A DNA stretch of 60,329 nt, counting the filler, from Platydemus manokwari (Eukaryota): the NCBI GenBank assembly GCA_037951405.1. It is 6 parts of 6 records of this genome, joined end to end, with 100 filler letters (N's around TTAATTAATTAA, not from the genome) between each part and the next. Parts side by side here need not be neighbours in the genome. Positions count along the whole stretch, not along the records: positions 40,737 to 51,338 come from JBBMOY011120996.1; positions 51,439 to 60,329 come from JBBMOY011333651.1; 4 more parts are not named here. One strand, given 5' to 3'. A program made the position numbers and the translations under genes. This document shows, piece after piece, positions 41,000 through 54,500 of the stretch. Position 1 is the first letter of the stretch; each line of letters begins with the position of its first letter. The notes below the pieces were generated by a model. It was given only the letters and a program-made list of their open reading frames with translations, was not told where the DNA came from and did not search any database.

Positions 41000-41850
41000 T
41001 AACTTTCAAAGTTGTTCAGATTTGGATTAATTAAAAGACAAAGCATTATTTATTTGAATTTTCAATTGTTTCTTCAAATCCGCTAATAAATAACGCGGCT
41101 TGTTAAGATAATTTCACATTGTAAAGAAAAATCTAACCAATTCCGTGGTAGGAATTTGATTTACTTTGTTTTCCGTTTTTCAATTCTAAAAATCTAATAA
41201 TAAAACCATAATTATTTATTTTACTATTTTAATTTGCCACTTATCAAATGATAAGTGAACAATGAAATTGAGAAGAGGAAAATTATCTGTCTTCCATTAG
41301 CCGAAGAAGTTCGACCGAAGCATCAATTTCAAAATTACAAATATTTGTTACGAATCTCTGTCTTGCATAGATGGTTAGAAATTTGTTTTAAAAATTACAT
41401 TTTTCTCCTGGAAATATAAGTGTGTTTAATCCATTGCAAATGTTGAATGAGTTGGCAATGAATAGCAGAGCTCAAATAATGAATTTTCAATTTCGATGTT
41501 TGAAGAAAAATTTTTGAAATCAACATTTTATTTTCCAAAATAAATTTCCATCTTGAATTACTTGACAATTTCTGCGATATTTTTTTAGAAATAATTTTGT
41601 CATTTGTAATATGGTTACAATTTCCAGTTCTATTTGATTGACATTGGGTTATAATTATTTCGTGTTGTGATTCTTTAATCTTTTAATGTGTTCCTGATTG
41701 AATGAAACATTGGATTTTTGAAATAATTAATTTTTAAAAGCCATATGTTTGAAATTTGTTTGATATCGCTGTGAATTGAAAAACAGAATATCAGGTAATC
41801 GATATTAGATTCAATTGTTCCAGGAAAATGGTGATATTAGCTCATTTTAC
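41000..41850 (-). mobile_element. Degenerate hAT transposase C-terminal remnant
   Basis: Minus-strand WKTDNFPLLNFIV (~41297-41260) followed by IPTTELVRFFF (~41155-41125) resembles the hAT dimerisation domain W..FPxL...IPATSxxxERxFS. Confidence 0.4.
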
Positions 41851-42137
41851 TAAATCAAATTAATTAAAAACTAAATATAATGAGTGATTTATTTTGGATT
41901 TGCTCACAACTACTGTTAGTTTTTTATAAGCAACCTTTATTTGACAAAAACAAACTGTGTTAGTCATCTATTATGATTGGGTAAATGTAATGTTCTATAT
42001 AATGTATTGAAACTTGATGCTGAAAATTGCTATAATCTGATATAGGAATGATAGAATAATGAATAAAAATAAGAATCGATCAAATTTAGATGGATAAACA
42101 TGAAATCAGACTCCATACGAACATATCTATAAAATAT

Positions 42138-42573
42138 TGTTGAAAATGGAAACAAATTGTTAAGTAGAGACCAAATCTATTTTACACCTTGAAACCCTAA
42201 ATTTAGCGCTTTAAGCAAACCTACACAACCATATAGGCATAACAAACAACCAATCACAGCTAGCTTATATGGATAATTTTAATTCAAGACTAGGGCACAG
42301 CCATACAGTCACACAAAGGGATTGAGCAATACCGAGTATACTAAATCAATAAATCCAATTGGAACTTGAGAAATAAAAGATCCAATCAAAATGTAAAACA
42401 AACGTAATACAAAAATTACACACAAATCTCATGTCCAACTGCCAGTTAGAAGGTAAATTTTAAATTGTGCTTTATGAAATGTTTTATCGAGTTTTTGAAG
42501 CGTTTGTATAATATTGATTACCAAGGGCTAATGAAATACAGATTTCAAACTTCGATTCTTTTGGAACCCAACA
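42138..42573 (+). mobile_element. Solo LTR (family A), third copy
   Basis: TGTTG...CCCAACA, 436 bp, preceded by ATAT; shares blocks with 15350-15798. Confidence 0.6.
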
Positions 42574-43019
42574 AAAGCAAGTTACTTACCACAAAAATGA
42601 CGGTTTTTATCTTTAAAAATTAATAACTTCACTAAAATATTTTATTGATCGAGAATCATTCTATGTAAACTCATTGTTAATGTTTAACTATGAAATAACG
42701 TCGATGTAAGTCTTCTATCAGGATTGTTGTAAAATATAAGGTTTGATAATTGAAATACAGACTACTCGGACAATCTCGAGGTCCTTTTCTACCATTAACT
42801 ATTAAAGAAGACCTGGAATCCACCATGTAACATTTTATTTATCGGTCACATTAACTTTGAATTTGCACTGGGATGTGAGCACAGGTTGTAATTGTTGTCA
42901 TAATTTTCAATTTTATATTATCATAGCCGACAATACAAACGGAATCGAACGCACCCAATGCCACATGTCGATTATAATATATTCAAAGTTTGTTGCTTTG
43001 TGTGACATTCGATTATTAT

Positions 43020-43150
43020 TGTGAGGATTTTTAAATTTAAATTTAAAAACTTTTAAAAATTTAATTTAATTAGATAATCGTAGCTAAATATATAATTTTA
43101 TGTTCTGACTTTTCCAGTCGTTTTCAATTCGTGCTTTATAAAATACTAGC
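43020..43150 (+). repeat. Dispersed repeat family B copy
   Basis: Similar to 16680-16860. Confidence 0.5.
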
Positions 43151-43448
43151 GGTTTACAATTATTACTCAATCTTATAGTACTGATATTAACAGATTTCGG
43201 CTGTCTTTAATGTTTTAGAGAAGATCAAATTCCTTTTACTTAATTTTCATGCCCCTAACTTTTCATTTTTAAAAATTCTAATTTTCAAATTTTTTTATAC
43301 TTGGATGAAAGAGTAAAACAAATTCTGAAAGAAATGTTATATTTAAATAAACCCTATCTATTATATCAGTGTTTTACAACGAAGTATTCACGATGGTAGA
43401 CTAAATGGTTTTTTGAACTACTTTTGTGCTCAATTTATTTCTCGTTAG

Positions 43449-44429
43449 ATATGAGATGAAAACAGGGACTGTATCTCTAAAGATTTTTGAACACGGTAAA
43501 CTCTTTTACGACATTTATTTCAGTTGTTTGTCCTAGATCCATTTAAAATAAACTAATGCTCGATAGGACTTTATTATCTGTGCTTATAATCCGCCTTAAT
43601 ACGCGCACCGATATTTAACGAAATCGTCTCATTATATGTGCCGGTACCTCAAAAGAAATAAAGTAAAATTTAAAAATTTCAATATTCTTCATCATATTTA
43701 TGAGTATTATTCACATGGAATTTTAAGAATAAGTAGAATGCCATCTTGTTCCACTACGAACAGAATGTTTGTAAAGGGATTTATACCTATAAATTGAAAA
43801 AAAATTATGGAAAATATAATCAATGAAATAATTAAATAACATGTAAAATTTTTTTGTTAGACTTTTAATCCTTTTTCAATTCTTTGTCAAGCTTTGTTTG
43901 TAAATCTTTTCGAAAGAAAATTTAGTTCCAATAAATAGATAATTGATATGTAGGAACCATAATTATATCCTCCTTTGAATTAATATCAAGTAAAGAAAGA
44001 TAACTATTCATTTCCATTGATATTGAGATTGTTATTTTAATTTAAAAATATACATAGCTCAATGAAGTCCATTGTAATTTTCATTTAATTATTTCCGAAT
44101 AAAATGATATGTTATGTACCACATATATAACACGAGCAAAAATTTTACAGGAAAATTACAATTTTTTAGATATATTAATTGGAATTTTCTTTATTAATTG
44201 ATATGAAATGTAAATTAGAATGATGTAACTTGAATCTTCAATAAAAGTTAATTACAAAACTAATTTGCCGCAGGATTTAGTCTAGAATTCGTGTTTGATA
44301 ACAGGCTGATGCATCAAGCAAAATTACATCGGTCTCAAATGAGTTACAGATGGACGAATTTTCAATTTAGCTATCGGAAAAAGTGTGTTTATTATTATTG
44401 GCAAAATCTAGAAGCTTATGGATATATAG
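43449..44429 (+). CDS. Two internal exons (43449-43495, 44274-44429) of an unidentified protein
   Basis: TTAG|...|GTAAAC and CTAAT..GCAG|...|GT boundaries; phases join to YEMKTGTVSLKIFEHGFSLEFVFDNRLMHQAKLHRSQMSYRWTNFQFSYRKKCVYYYWQNLEAYGYI with no stop. Confidence 0.55.
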
Positions 44430-45019
44430 GTGGTTTTCACAAATTTTGTTTTTCTGGTACTCCAAAAACACAAATTTATCAATTAAATATTCGTCCCTTC
44501 GTTAGCTCCTACTATTTTATTACAACCGATATTGAAAACAAATTAATTTTATTAACAAGAAAAGTATATCTAAACACAATGTTCAAACAAATTATCGTTT
44601 TTTAAAATTATTTTAGAGTTAAATATTAAAATTTTAAAATTCTTATACATTATATGAGATCATTTTATAATAAAAAAATGGGTGATCTATTTAGAAGTTA
44701 TTTGCGATTTATGGAGTCTTTAATAAAATTCTAATTCATAAACTGAGGCTTCCATGACGTGCAAATGACGGGAAAGAATCGACATTTTAATAAGACAAAC
44801 ATTGTCGAATTCTTCTTTGCTAACTGTCAGTTGTTCGAAAATCATTATAATTAATAATTAATTTCAAGGATTAAGATCCAAAAAACATAAATTAAACCAT
44901 ATCATATTTATAAATATCAATACTCGATTAACATCATCATAATCGTAAAAACATAACCAATTTATTATATATTTTAACTTATTAGTGTAGTAAAATTTGG
45001 TTTATTTCAATTATCCAAC

Positions 45020-45500
45020 TAATTAATTCCAGCTCGAATTCTGAAAATCAGATTTGTTTTAATGGAAATTGGGCACATCGAGCGCATATAAAATTTTGGA
45101 TATAAATTTCGTAACCAAAGTGACCCATTGTTTGTTGAAAACCAGCCCAGTGGAGTGTATTGAGTTGTATTTTGTATTAATATTTTAAAGAACAGAATCG
45201 TATTGAGCAATATAAGTCAAATTTAACCAGTCTTGGTTTTATATTGCAAAAACCAGAGGCAAAATCCAGTTATAAGTGAATCCACAATGTCTCATCATTT
45301 GTATTTAGTTTTTAAGTGATTTTGTTATTTTTTTCTTACTAAACTTTAATGTACTTTTTTTTATCTCGGTTGTTATCAATATTTGATAAATATCCCCATA
45401 ATCACTGAAACATATGAGCTTATATCAACTGACTTCGAGTGTATTTAGGAATTTAAATTTAAATTGTCTTTGATTTCAATGAATGCAACATCGTTTCAGT
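45020..45500 (-). mobile_element. Degenerate Gypsy reverse transcriptase fragment
   Basis: Minus-strand LDFASGFC (~45270-45247, like LDLASGFWQ) then YTPLGWF...LWLRN (like TPxGxF..MPFGLxN). Confidence 0.5.
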
Positions 45501-47855
45501 TCATATGTTTCCCTTAATCAGATTTTCAACATTCTCTGACCAATTATTTAGAGTAGCAGTAGTCTTTTGAGACTGACTTCTCGTTAGTCTGGATAATGCT
45601 TAGAAAGAAAAAATTACAAATTCATGCCAGCAACCATATCAGTATCTCCCTCCTTATCTGTATACTTCTTGTATTAAAACAAAGCTTGAATCTTATATTT
45701 AAAAACTTTGAATTGTAAAACAAGATTTTAAAATAGAATAATCTTATTTCTGTTCGATAAAGCATAAACTTTTTTCAGCTAATAATATTGGACTTGTATT
45801 TTTTTTGTAACCTCTCAATGTAGAATAATAATTTAATAATTCGAATTGAAAACTGTAAATTAATTTGCATATTTTTTTAGTTTGACGATAAAAATGAGAT
45901 TGTCAGTTCTTTTGAGAAACGATTTTTGTTAAGAAACTCTGTTTAATTTATAAGAATAAATTGGAATAGTATGATAATCGAAATAATCGTTATTATTGGA
46001 ACCTCACTAAAGAAATTTACCAAATGAATCTCAAATGAGTTTGATAAACTCTTTTCATCAAGTTTTTTTTATTTGGATAAACTTAATGATTTTTAGGAGA
46101 CTGAAGTGGTTAATATTTTAAAAGATATAGTGTTTGAAAAGTAAATTTCGAAAGACTTTTTAATTTCTTTTCTGTCAATAACTTCTAATATTGATAAAAT
46201 AATTTAAAATAAGAAAGAAAACACGAATTGTTAGATTCTAGAAATTATTAAGGTATGAATTTAATTTTTCTTTTTTGTTTGTGAACCTAATTCTTCTTGA
46301 TAAATGATTCTGGCCAACATTGCTGGCAAATATCAAACTTAAAATTCGAAATTATTCATTTTGATTAATTTTATGTCCAATCATCTTTGTCGGTCCTAAA
46401 ACGTATATCAAAATAAAAGGCTATTTTCTATCTATAGCAATGTGACTCGGGATAAAACTCCGGCACTAAACTTTACAAATTAATAAAATAACCTATGACC
46501 TATTTGATTTTCTTATCGCCAAATCCGTGTTAAGTGGCAAGAATCAATTGACTCTATATATTACATCAAATCGAAAAACTATAATTTATTTGTGTGAAGA
46601 TAACTCCGGTAGGTGAACGACAGCAAGTCGACATGAGTATTATCAACCACAAGCAGTGGTGATAATGGACTTGGGAGAAGTGGCGGCAATTGTAACAGCT
46701 TTCAAGTAATCAATTATATGATTGTTCTGAAGAATCATTATGGCATATACAATTCATAACCGACTTAAACAATATCGGTCTTATAGCAATGAAAGACACT
46801 TCACCCAACTTGAAAACCAACTTATCATTGGACGAATTTTCGCTACAGACAACAGCGTGTGAAGTAGTTTTCTCTGTACTCTATTTTTATTTATCAGATT
46901 AAGTAAAACAAAAATCAATTAATTAGATTGATAAAATATGAAGTTATCTTAATAATCAATAAAAAAACATGATGATTTTTATTTATTTGATAATTGTTGA
47001 GACTCAATGATTTTATTTTCTTCAATTAAAGATACGAATTATCGATTTATTTTCCTATTTATTTAAATACATCCATTGAAACAAAAATGCCTAATTATTT
47101 GAAAATATTTTCTACCTTCAAAACAAAAAAAATCAATCGAAATTAGATGTGTTTCACCTAATTTTTCTCCAATAATTGATCTCGACTTGTATAATTTGAC
47201 AATTAAGTAAGTCAGTGATTGTTGTGGATGTGTTTTCGTGATACTCAAATTATGCAGCTGTATTGAGCAAATCACAATTAAAATGATAAACAATTGAAAA
47301 TTCTATCACAAAACCACTTGATTCGTAAATAAATTAATTTATATTATTTTTCGTAAATTGATTGAAAAACTTATAATACTATCGATACCAAATCGCTCAA
47401 TAAACGACCTTTCCAAGCGGATATCAATAATTAAGAATGATGAATAATACACTAGAATGTACTATCATTACAAGAAAATCACCCTCTCTATTCTAGATTG
47501 AAATCTTTTATACAACAGAAATAAATTTTCAGCCCGGCATTTACTCAACATATTCAATTTATTTCTACAACTCTTAAAACGTCAAATTGCTAAAATTTTC
47601 TCTGCGTTTTTTTCCCATTGATACAATTCTGGGCAGCAAAATTTTTGACGTCATCGGGCTATTTGATGAATAAGGAAAATACGGTTTTCTACTTCAGTGA
47701 GCAGATGGTAGAAAATATTTTGTATATACTACTTTCAAGTTTTACCAAAATAAATTCAGAATTGATAATAATCACTAATATTTTGAGCACATCAAGAACT
47801 CCTCTTACATTACGGATTTTGTTTTTAGACAACAATTACGAAAACGAAAGTGTCG

Positions 47856-49202
47856 ATGAATCGAATTTGTTTAATCGTTTTCATTATATCGTTCAATTTT
47901 TTCCATTTATCCTCTATTCCTCGCAAGAAAAGTCCAACCGTTCTGAAAAAGGATTTAATAATTAATCAAATATTTGATTCGAAAATCTACAAGAAGCACG
48001 AACGTCCCAGTGAACGTGATCAAACTGATGTAAAAGTCTTCATGAAAGTATTAGCAATCAATTCTGTAAGTGTTACAAAAATGGAATATTCAATAGATCT
48101 CTATCTGCGTCAAGAATGGAAGGATCAACGATTGTCATGGATTACTTTGAAAGAGTTTCGATCGTTTAACAATAATATTGTGTCACCCTCGTTGAAAAAA
48201 AAGGTCTGGTTACCGGATCTATTTTTTAGAAATGGCAAAGAAGGATATGTTCATCAAATGACCCTTCCCAACTACCTTATGAGACTATATCCAACTGGAA
48301 AGATTCTGTACAGCCAGAAAATAACGATGAGATTTTCTTGTGAAATGAACTTACAAACATTCCCCATGGATACACAGGAATGTCTGATAAATATCGGTAG
48401 CTATGGATATACTGTAGATGAAGTCAAATTCAGCTGGAAAGAAGAAGATGCTATGGTGATACCACATGGACTACAGATTTCAGAATTCAATTCACCCAAC
48501 CATGCCCAGACGACTGACTGTACGAACGATTCAAGTACGTCTACCGGTGCATATGCTTGTTTAAAAGCGAAATTTATTCTACAAAGACAGTTGGGATCCT
48601 ATTTGGTAAGTACATTTGTACCAAGTATACTGATAGTAATGGTATCGTGGTTAAATTTTTGGATAAATGTCGAATCAGTCCCTGCCCGTGTAACTTTGGG
48701 ACTTGTAACCTTATTGGGAATGTTGACTCAAGCGACGGGAATTTCGTCAACCTTACCTCGAGTTAGTTACATTAAAGCAATCGATGTATGGGTTATTGCT
48801 TGTATAATGTTTGTGATTGGCGCTTTATTAGAATACGCTGTAGCCAGCACTCTTGCCAGAAAGAAAAAGTCCAACGGTTGGGAGAAGGATGTCAGAGAAA
48901 TCGTGAGGCATGAATTAGCTCGTTGGTGTTCTGCATGTCAAAGACAACAATTCTTTCAACTTCAAGAGCAAAATGCTCTGGATAGAAACAGATTGGAATT
49001 TTGTTCGGAAATGGAATCCTTGTTAATAACCCATGCTTTAGATGCCCACAAAGGAAAGAAATCAATAAAAACCACCCCAACTGAAGATTCTGACATTGAC
49101 AGTTACAGTCGTTTTCTTTTCCCAGCCTGTTTTCTTTTATATAATTGTTTTTATTGGTTATACTATTTAGTATTAGTTCGTTACGCTCAGAATGTTTCTT
49201 AA
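47856..49202 (+). CDS. Intronless Cys-loop ligand-gated chloride channel subunit (lophotrochozoan GluCl-like), 448 aa
   Basis: Signal peptide from ATG 47856; DLYLRQEW, WLPDLFFRN, Cys-loop CEMNLQTFPMDTQEC, second loop-C disulfide, anion-selective PAR motif (SVPARVTLG), LPRVSYIKAIDVW, four TM segments. Confidence 0.95.
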   Translation: MNRICLIVFIISFNFFHLSSIPRKKSPTVLKKDLIINQIFDSKIYKKHERPSERDQTDVKVFMKVLAINSVSVTKMEYSIDLYLRQEWKDQRLSWITLKEFRSFNNNIVSPSLKKKVWLPDLFFRNGKEGYVHQMTLPNYLMRLYPTGKILYSQKITMRFSCEMNLQTFPMDTQECLINIGSYGYTVDEVKFSWKEEDAMVIPHGLQISEFNSPNHAQTTDCTNDSSTSTGAYACLKAKFILQRQLGSYLVSTFVPSILIVMVSWLNFWINVESVPARVTLGLVTLLGMLTQATGISSTLPRVSYIKAIDVWVIACIMFVIGALLEYAVASTLARKKKSNGWEKDVREIVRHELARWCSACQRQQFFQLQEQNALDRNRLEFCSEMESLLITHALDAHKGKKSIKTTPTEDSDIDSYSRFLFPACFLLYNCFYWLYYLVLVRYAQNVS

Positions 49203-51338
49203 TATATGTATTCTGGAACAATTGTTTTTTTACTGTTTTAGATTATTTTAGACTATTCATGTAAATAGAGTGTTGAAATTTTATTCTCAGATTTAGATAA
49301 TTTCACCTTGAAATATTTTAATAGTAATGATAATAAATAGTTCATTTATTTGCTTGGATTATCGTCTAATCTATACAGAACGATGTAATAATATGATAAA
49401 TAAATTCAATGATAAAGAAAGATTTTATTTGAGAAAGAAATTCATGAATTAAATATTCCATTTTTAGTATTTTATTAAAATTATGTTGAAGGTGCATAAC
49501 AAAGTCTGCAAAAATATAATTGAATATTAAGTAAGATTTAATTCATAGTTTAGATTCAGTGTATTTCATATACTTTTCCAATAAAACCAAAATGAAAAAA
49601 ACTAATATTTTCTTAAGCATAACAAACTGATTTTGGTAGAAAAATTTCAAAATTTATTTTCGAAACACACCCAAATAAATTTAATTAGTGACTTCTGGTT
49701 GAATGACAATTTTAATTGTGGTATTAGCTAACAAAGTTTTTACAAAATTAAAATTCTAAATATTATTCATTAACATTAACAAAAAAAATTCTTTTAGACG
49801 TTGGTAATGTTTTTTTTTCGTTTTGATTGTTTGATAAATTATTGAACTTTTCTTTATGAATAATTTTGAAAGTTTATTTCCAGAGGGAATCGGTCTATTA
49901 TATTTGTTTATAGCATAGAAATTAATCTATTTATTTAAAAATGCTCGAAGTGTTCCATGCCTCCGGATATTAAAACAAATTGGTTGGAAATAGAAATTTC
50001 AATCCTTCATTTTTATTGTAATTAATATAATATGTGATTGATTCAATTATTCGTCAATATCTAAGTTAATCGATACTGTTTAAAATATTCAAAGCAATTT
50101 GATTCCATCACATTGAATTTACAAATTTATTCCTATAGACTATCTCTGATTAATTTAGTGGATTGGAATTGGAGAAATATGAATGGATTTTTGAGTTGTG
50201 ATTACAAATTAAGCATTCTGATTATTTTATTCTGATATCTAATCGTTAGTGAAAAATGTAAATTGGAAAATCACTAAAAATTTATATAAATGATAACGAT
50301 TGAATATTTTGTTACGATATTGAATTCAAATTTGATAAAAAATGCGCAATAAAGAGAAATGATATAATGAAATACAAATCGGAAGCAAATCCAAAATCGA
50401 TCGTGACTTTTCCCATGGGCATTTAGTTGATGGTCTATGAATTTTACAATGAAAAATTGTCATTTATTAATTAAGATTTACAGCATTTTAATTTCAATTC
50501 GCGACAACTTTATTTGAATTAAACTTAATTTTTTTGTATGATAATAGTCTACAGTTCAATTCTAAATGGTCACGGTTAAATTTTTATTGACTTGTTTAAC
50601 ATAACAAAAATCTAAGAATTTTATCACAGGTAAGTATTTATAGCGCTATCATAAAACAATATTTATAACAAGAAATGGCGAGTTAAATAAAAATCGACTT
50701 TTCTTTAAATTTCTTTGTGATTTTTATATCACTTTAATAGACGCATTAATATTGGTGTGAGAATTTTATGGATATGAAGCCAAAATTCAATGTTATCGTT
50801 ACCCATTAATGAGTGAACATAAGGCTGAGTAGAATCATTGGAATCGATGAATAGAAAGGACTTTAAAAATGATCAGCAAGAATAACGTTTAGTTCATCTA
50901 AGATAATCTTAATCTGGGTTATACTATTTTTTTGAAATTTAATATTTAGATTAATTCATAATAAGGTTTTTCGTCGAAGTTGAAACATTTAGTGGTTTCT
51001 TTATTAATACAATCATCTGCATTTTCAGTAATTTCAAATGATTAGCTTTTTTAAGTCTTATAATATTTAAAATTTTCGTGTTTAATGTTTAGTTTAAAAT
51101 GAGCACACTGATTGATTTTATTGAGTAATTATTTAATTCACACACACGTCAAAACATTCACAAAAAACAGTACAATTTGTATTTTTTCTCTAATTATGTT
51201 CAAATTAAACTTTGGAACTTCCTTTCAATTAATCAATTTATTCATTCATTGAATCAGCTGAGTATAACCTTAAAATTTCGATTTGATAAAAGATGTCGCT
51301 GGGAGTATTGCTTGCATATAATGTCGTATGGTAATACT

Positions 51339-51438
51339 NNNNNNNNNNNNNNNNNNNNNNNNNNNNNNNNNNNNNNNNNNNNTTAATTAATTAANNNNNN
51401 NNNNNNNNNNNNNNNNNNNNNNNNNNNNNNNNNNNNNN
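51339..51438. other. Artificial contig spacer
   Basis: N44-TTAATTAATTAA-N44. Confidence 0.97.
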
Positions 51439-51512
<74 letters not shown>

Positions 51513-51525
51513 TAAATAATAACAA
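51439..51525. repeat. (TAA)n microsatellite at contig start
   Basis: Directly visible. Confidence 0.95.
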
Positions 51526-54500
51526 TAAATCATAAGATTTGACTTTTTATCCTTGAAGCTGTGAGAGCGATTGAAAGTGCTATTGGTTGGCGATGTGGAT
51601 AATCCCTGCTTAGCACTAGTTGTGACTGCATTTGGATATATATCCACTTAACTAAGTTCCTATTTCGACTAAGATTGACTACTGTGATCACTCCAATCAT
51701 TACATTATGAGTTTTTAAGTATGTTTGCTTGCTTGCATGTTGCTTAACGATTACATAATTGGTTCATTGCCGGTTAAATTGATTACACCATCAAGAATGA
51801 GACAATATATAATCATATCTTCATTGTAATAAACAAATTTTTGATTCCTTATAATTTTTTATTAACAACTCCAATACTCGATCTTTAGTCTATACTATTC
51901 TTCTGTTTATAGATTTCCAAAAATTCCCTGCCTGTAGGATGACGTGTTTATGTTCCCCAATAACATTTAGATAAATTATAACTTTCTCGTATCTATTACA
52001 TTTTCATTGAACTGAGGTTAATGCTGTTCTGCTAAGTTTCTTGGTCGTTTTACTATCTTTTAACTCCATCACCTACCGATTCATTTCATACATACCATCC
52101 ATCACTTGTCGCTTTCATGTCATACCAGATAATTTTAATTTTCAAGTTTCAAGTAAATTTATAATTGTGTGGAATTAATTAAGTCATATTCAGGAAAAGT
52201 CTTTTATCGCATGTTTATTAACATATTAAGTTTGCATTGTCATCGACATACAATATCATAAACATGGTTCCAATATAACTTTATTTTTATTTTCTCTTGT
52301 TCACATCTGTCAATAAAAAATGGGGACATGCAAAATTATGCCTTCCAGAAATATCATTTATTTGATATCAAATATATTAATTTTCACTTTAATGTAAAAG
52401 CTTTGGAATTTCTATGGTGTCTAAGCCAATAGCGAAGTGCTCATGGAGTACGAATTTTATATATCTAGGTAAAGTGGTTGAATTTGCTATATGTCAAATT
52501 TGTTGTTAATAATGATAAATTACTGTATATTATATTGTCAATAAGAAGCCATTTATTGCCAACTTTAACTACAGTGGAAAGGGTTAAGATAAAGAGTGAG
52601 GAAATTGTGACACAGATAAAGAAATCAATAAGTATTACAACCATTATTATTGCAAGCCTGATTAATTATGCCACAAGCATAACCTTTATATTATTGGCAC
52701 AGAGCACGATGAATTGAAATGAATAGGAAAGAATTAATGCGCATGGGTCTTGAATGGAACTGACAAAGGATGATTAAGATGAAAGCATTGCTCAGTAAAA
52801 ACTAATAGCAGCAAAATGCGATAAAAAGGTAACAGAGACACAATCTTATCAATAACCAATTTACATATAGTAACAAATCGTAGAAAAAAAAGAGGCTTAT
52901 AAATGACTAGTTATCTATTATCGCGTTCAGTGATTAGTAATAAAATAAAATAATCATGTCGAATAAATTGAATCGCAGAATAAAAAGAAGCACGCATGTA
53001 AATTACATGTCCAAAATAAATTTAATGGCACAGAATTTCTCTCTGTTATAATAAATTTAATTGCAGAGAATATTTCTCTGGTATAATAAATTAATTCCTA
53101 GAAAACATATATGTTAGGCATTAAATAAATATCCACGAAAAACTTATGGTTTGGCTAAATATAAAGCTGCAGTCACAATTATAAACAAACACATTATAGC
53201 TAATCCATAATTCCACAATTCTATTTGAAGGGATAAGATTTCCCATCAGTGACCAAGAATCTGTTTATACTCATTTTTCATAACCGGAAATCTCAAACAC
53301 ATAAGTGATTATTACAATCGGAAATTACTTTCTAAAATTTAAAATATTCCTATTTATCGAGCTGTGTCTAAATCTTTAAACGGTTATGACTCCATGTCGC
53401 ACAAGGGTCCTACAAACCATAATCTTCTCTGAAATCAATAATGTTAAAATCAGCTGTTGCACCAAATTGTAAAAATTGCACGGATTGTTATATTGGTGTT
53501 TTTGTATAATTTCATAATTTGCTGTTTAATATATTTTTGGTATTTAAATTCAACTTTTGATTTTTATTCGTACAGTAGTTATTATAGTTAATAGCAGTGA
53601 AAATAATTTCATTTCTAAGTAGTTCTAATAATAATTTGTGGTTAATAAATTTTTAAAAAATCAATTGAAGTTTCAATAACTTTTAAAGTCAATAACTCTG
53701 GTGTTATATATAATAAGGATAATAGAGATATATGTACATTAATTGAGATTAATTTAAAATTTAATTATAAATTATATTACTGTTATCACGCCTATTGTCT
53801 TCGCCCAATGCACATAAGTGTCTACATATCTATGCAGACACAACAATCAAATAATCAGAAGCAATATATAGTAAAAATTTCATTCTGGTAAAACGTATAA
53901 CTACATAGCAACACATTCACAAGAATTAATAAATCTTAACCATGATAAATCAATAAAGTCAATTGGAATCGTGAAAAGGACTTTAGTGCATAAAACTCAT
54001 ACTTAACTTTTCATTATAAATTACTACGCAAAATTGTCAGTCGAGATAATCAATGGTTTGGTTCTTGAGTTATTTCAGTGATTATTAAGAATTTGGAAAT
54101 CAATAAAAGTTTAAGTCTCAATATTCAGTGCTTTTTACGCAAAAATTATATCATCAACTAAGTATGCTGCAAAACAACACAAAATAAATAGAAGATTTTA
54201 TTCACAGATGCATTGATATATATCGCTCGATATACGATAAATTATCCAGTACTTAAAGCTACTAAATATAGAGCCCATTAGATCGACTCTCAAAGGGCCA
54301 ATATGTACACGCTCAGTATCAACCTGTACATAGAATTCGAATGTCAATTGGTGCCACTCAGCAACAAGCAATGAACATCAATATATTCCAATTACATAAG
54401 GGAGGTGGTTCTAATTAATAAAAAGTAATGCTATAAGATTCAATACACACGACAAGTCTATAATAGGAATTGCGTCTTTGACTCTACTATCAGTCTTTTA

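Noticed and set aside
47618-49221. Overlapping and antisense ORFs (47618-47965, 48557-48766, 48892-49221)
   Set aside because: Shadow frames of the chloride-channel CDS with no motifs.
51900-53450. Retroelement RNase H, integrase and GPY-like traces on both strands
   Set aside because: Motifs fragmentary and inconsistent in orientation; no boundaries definable.
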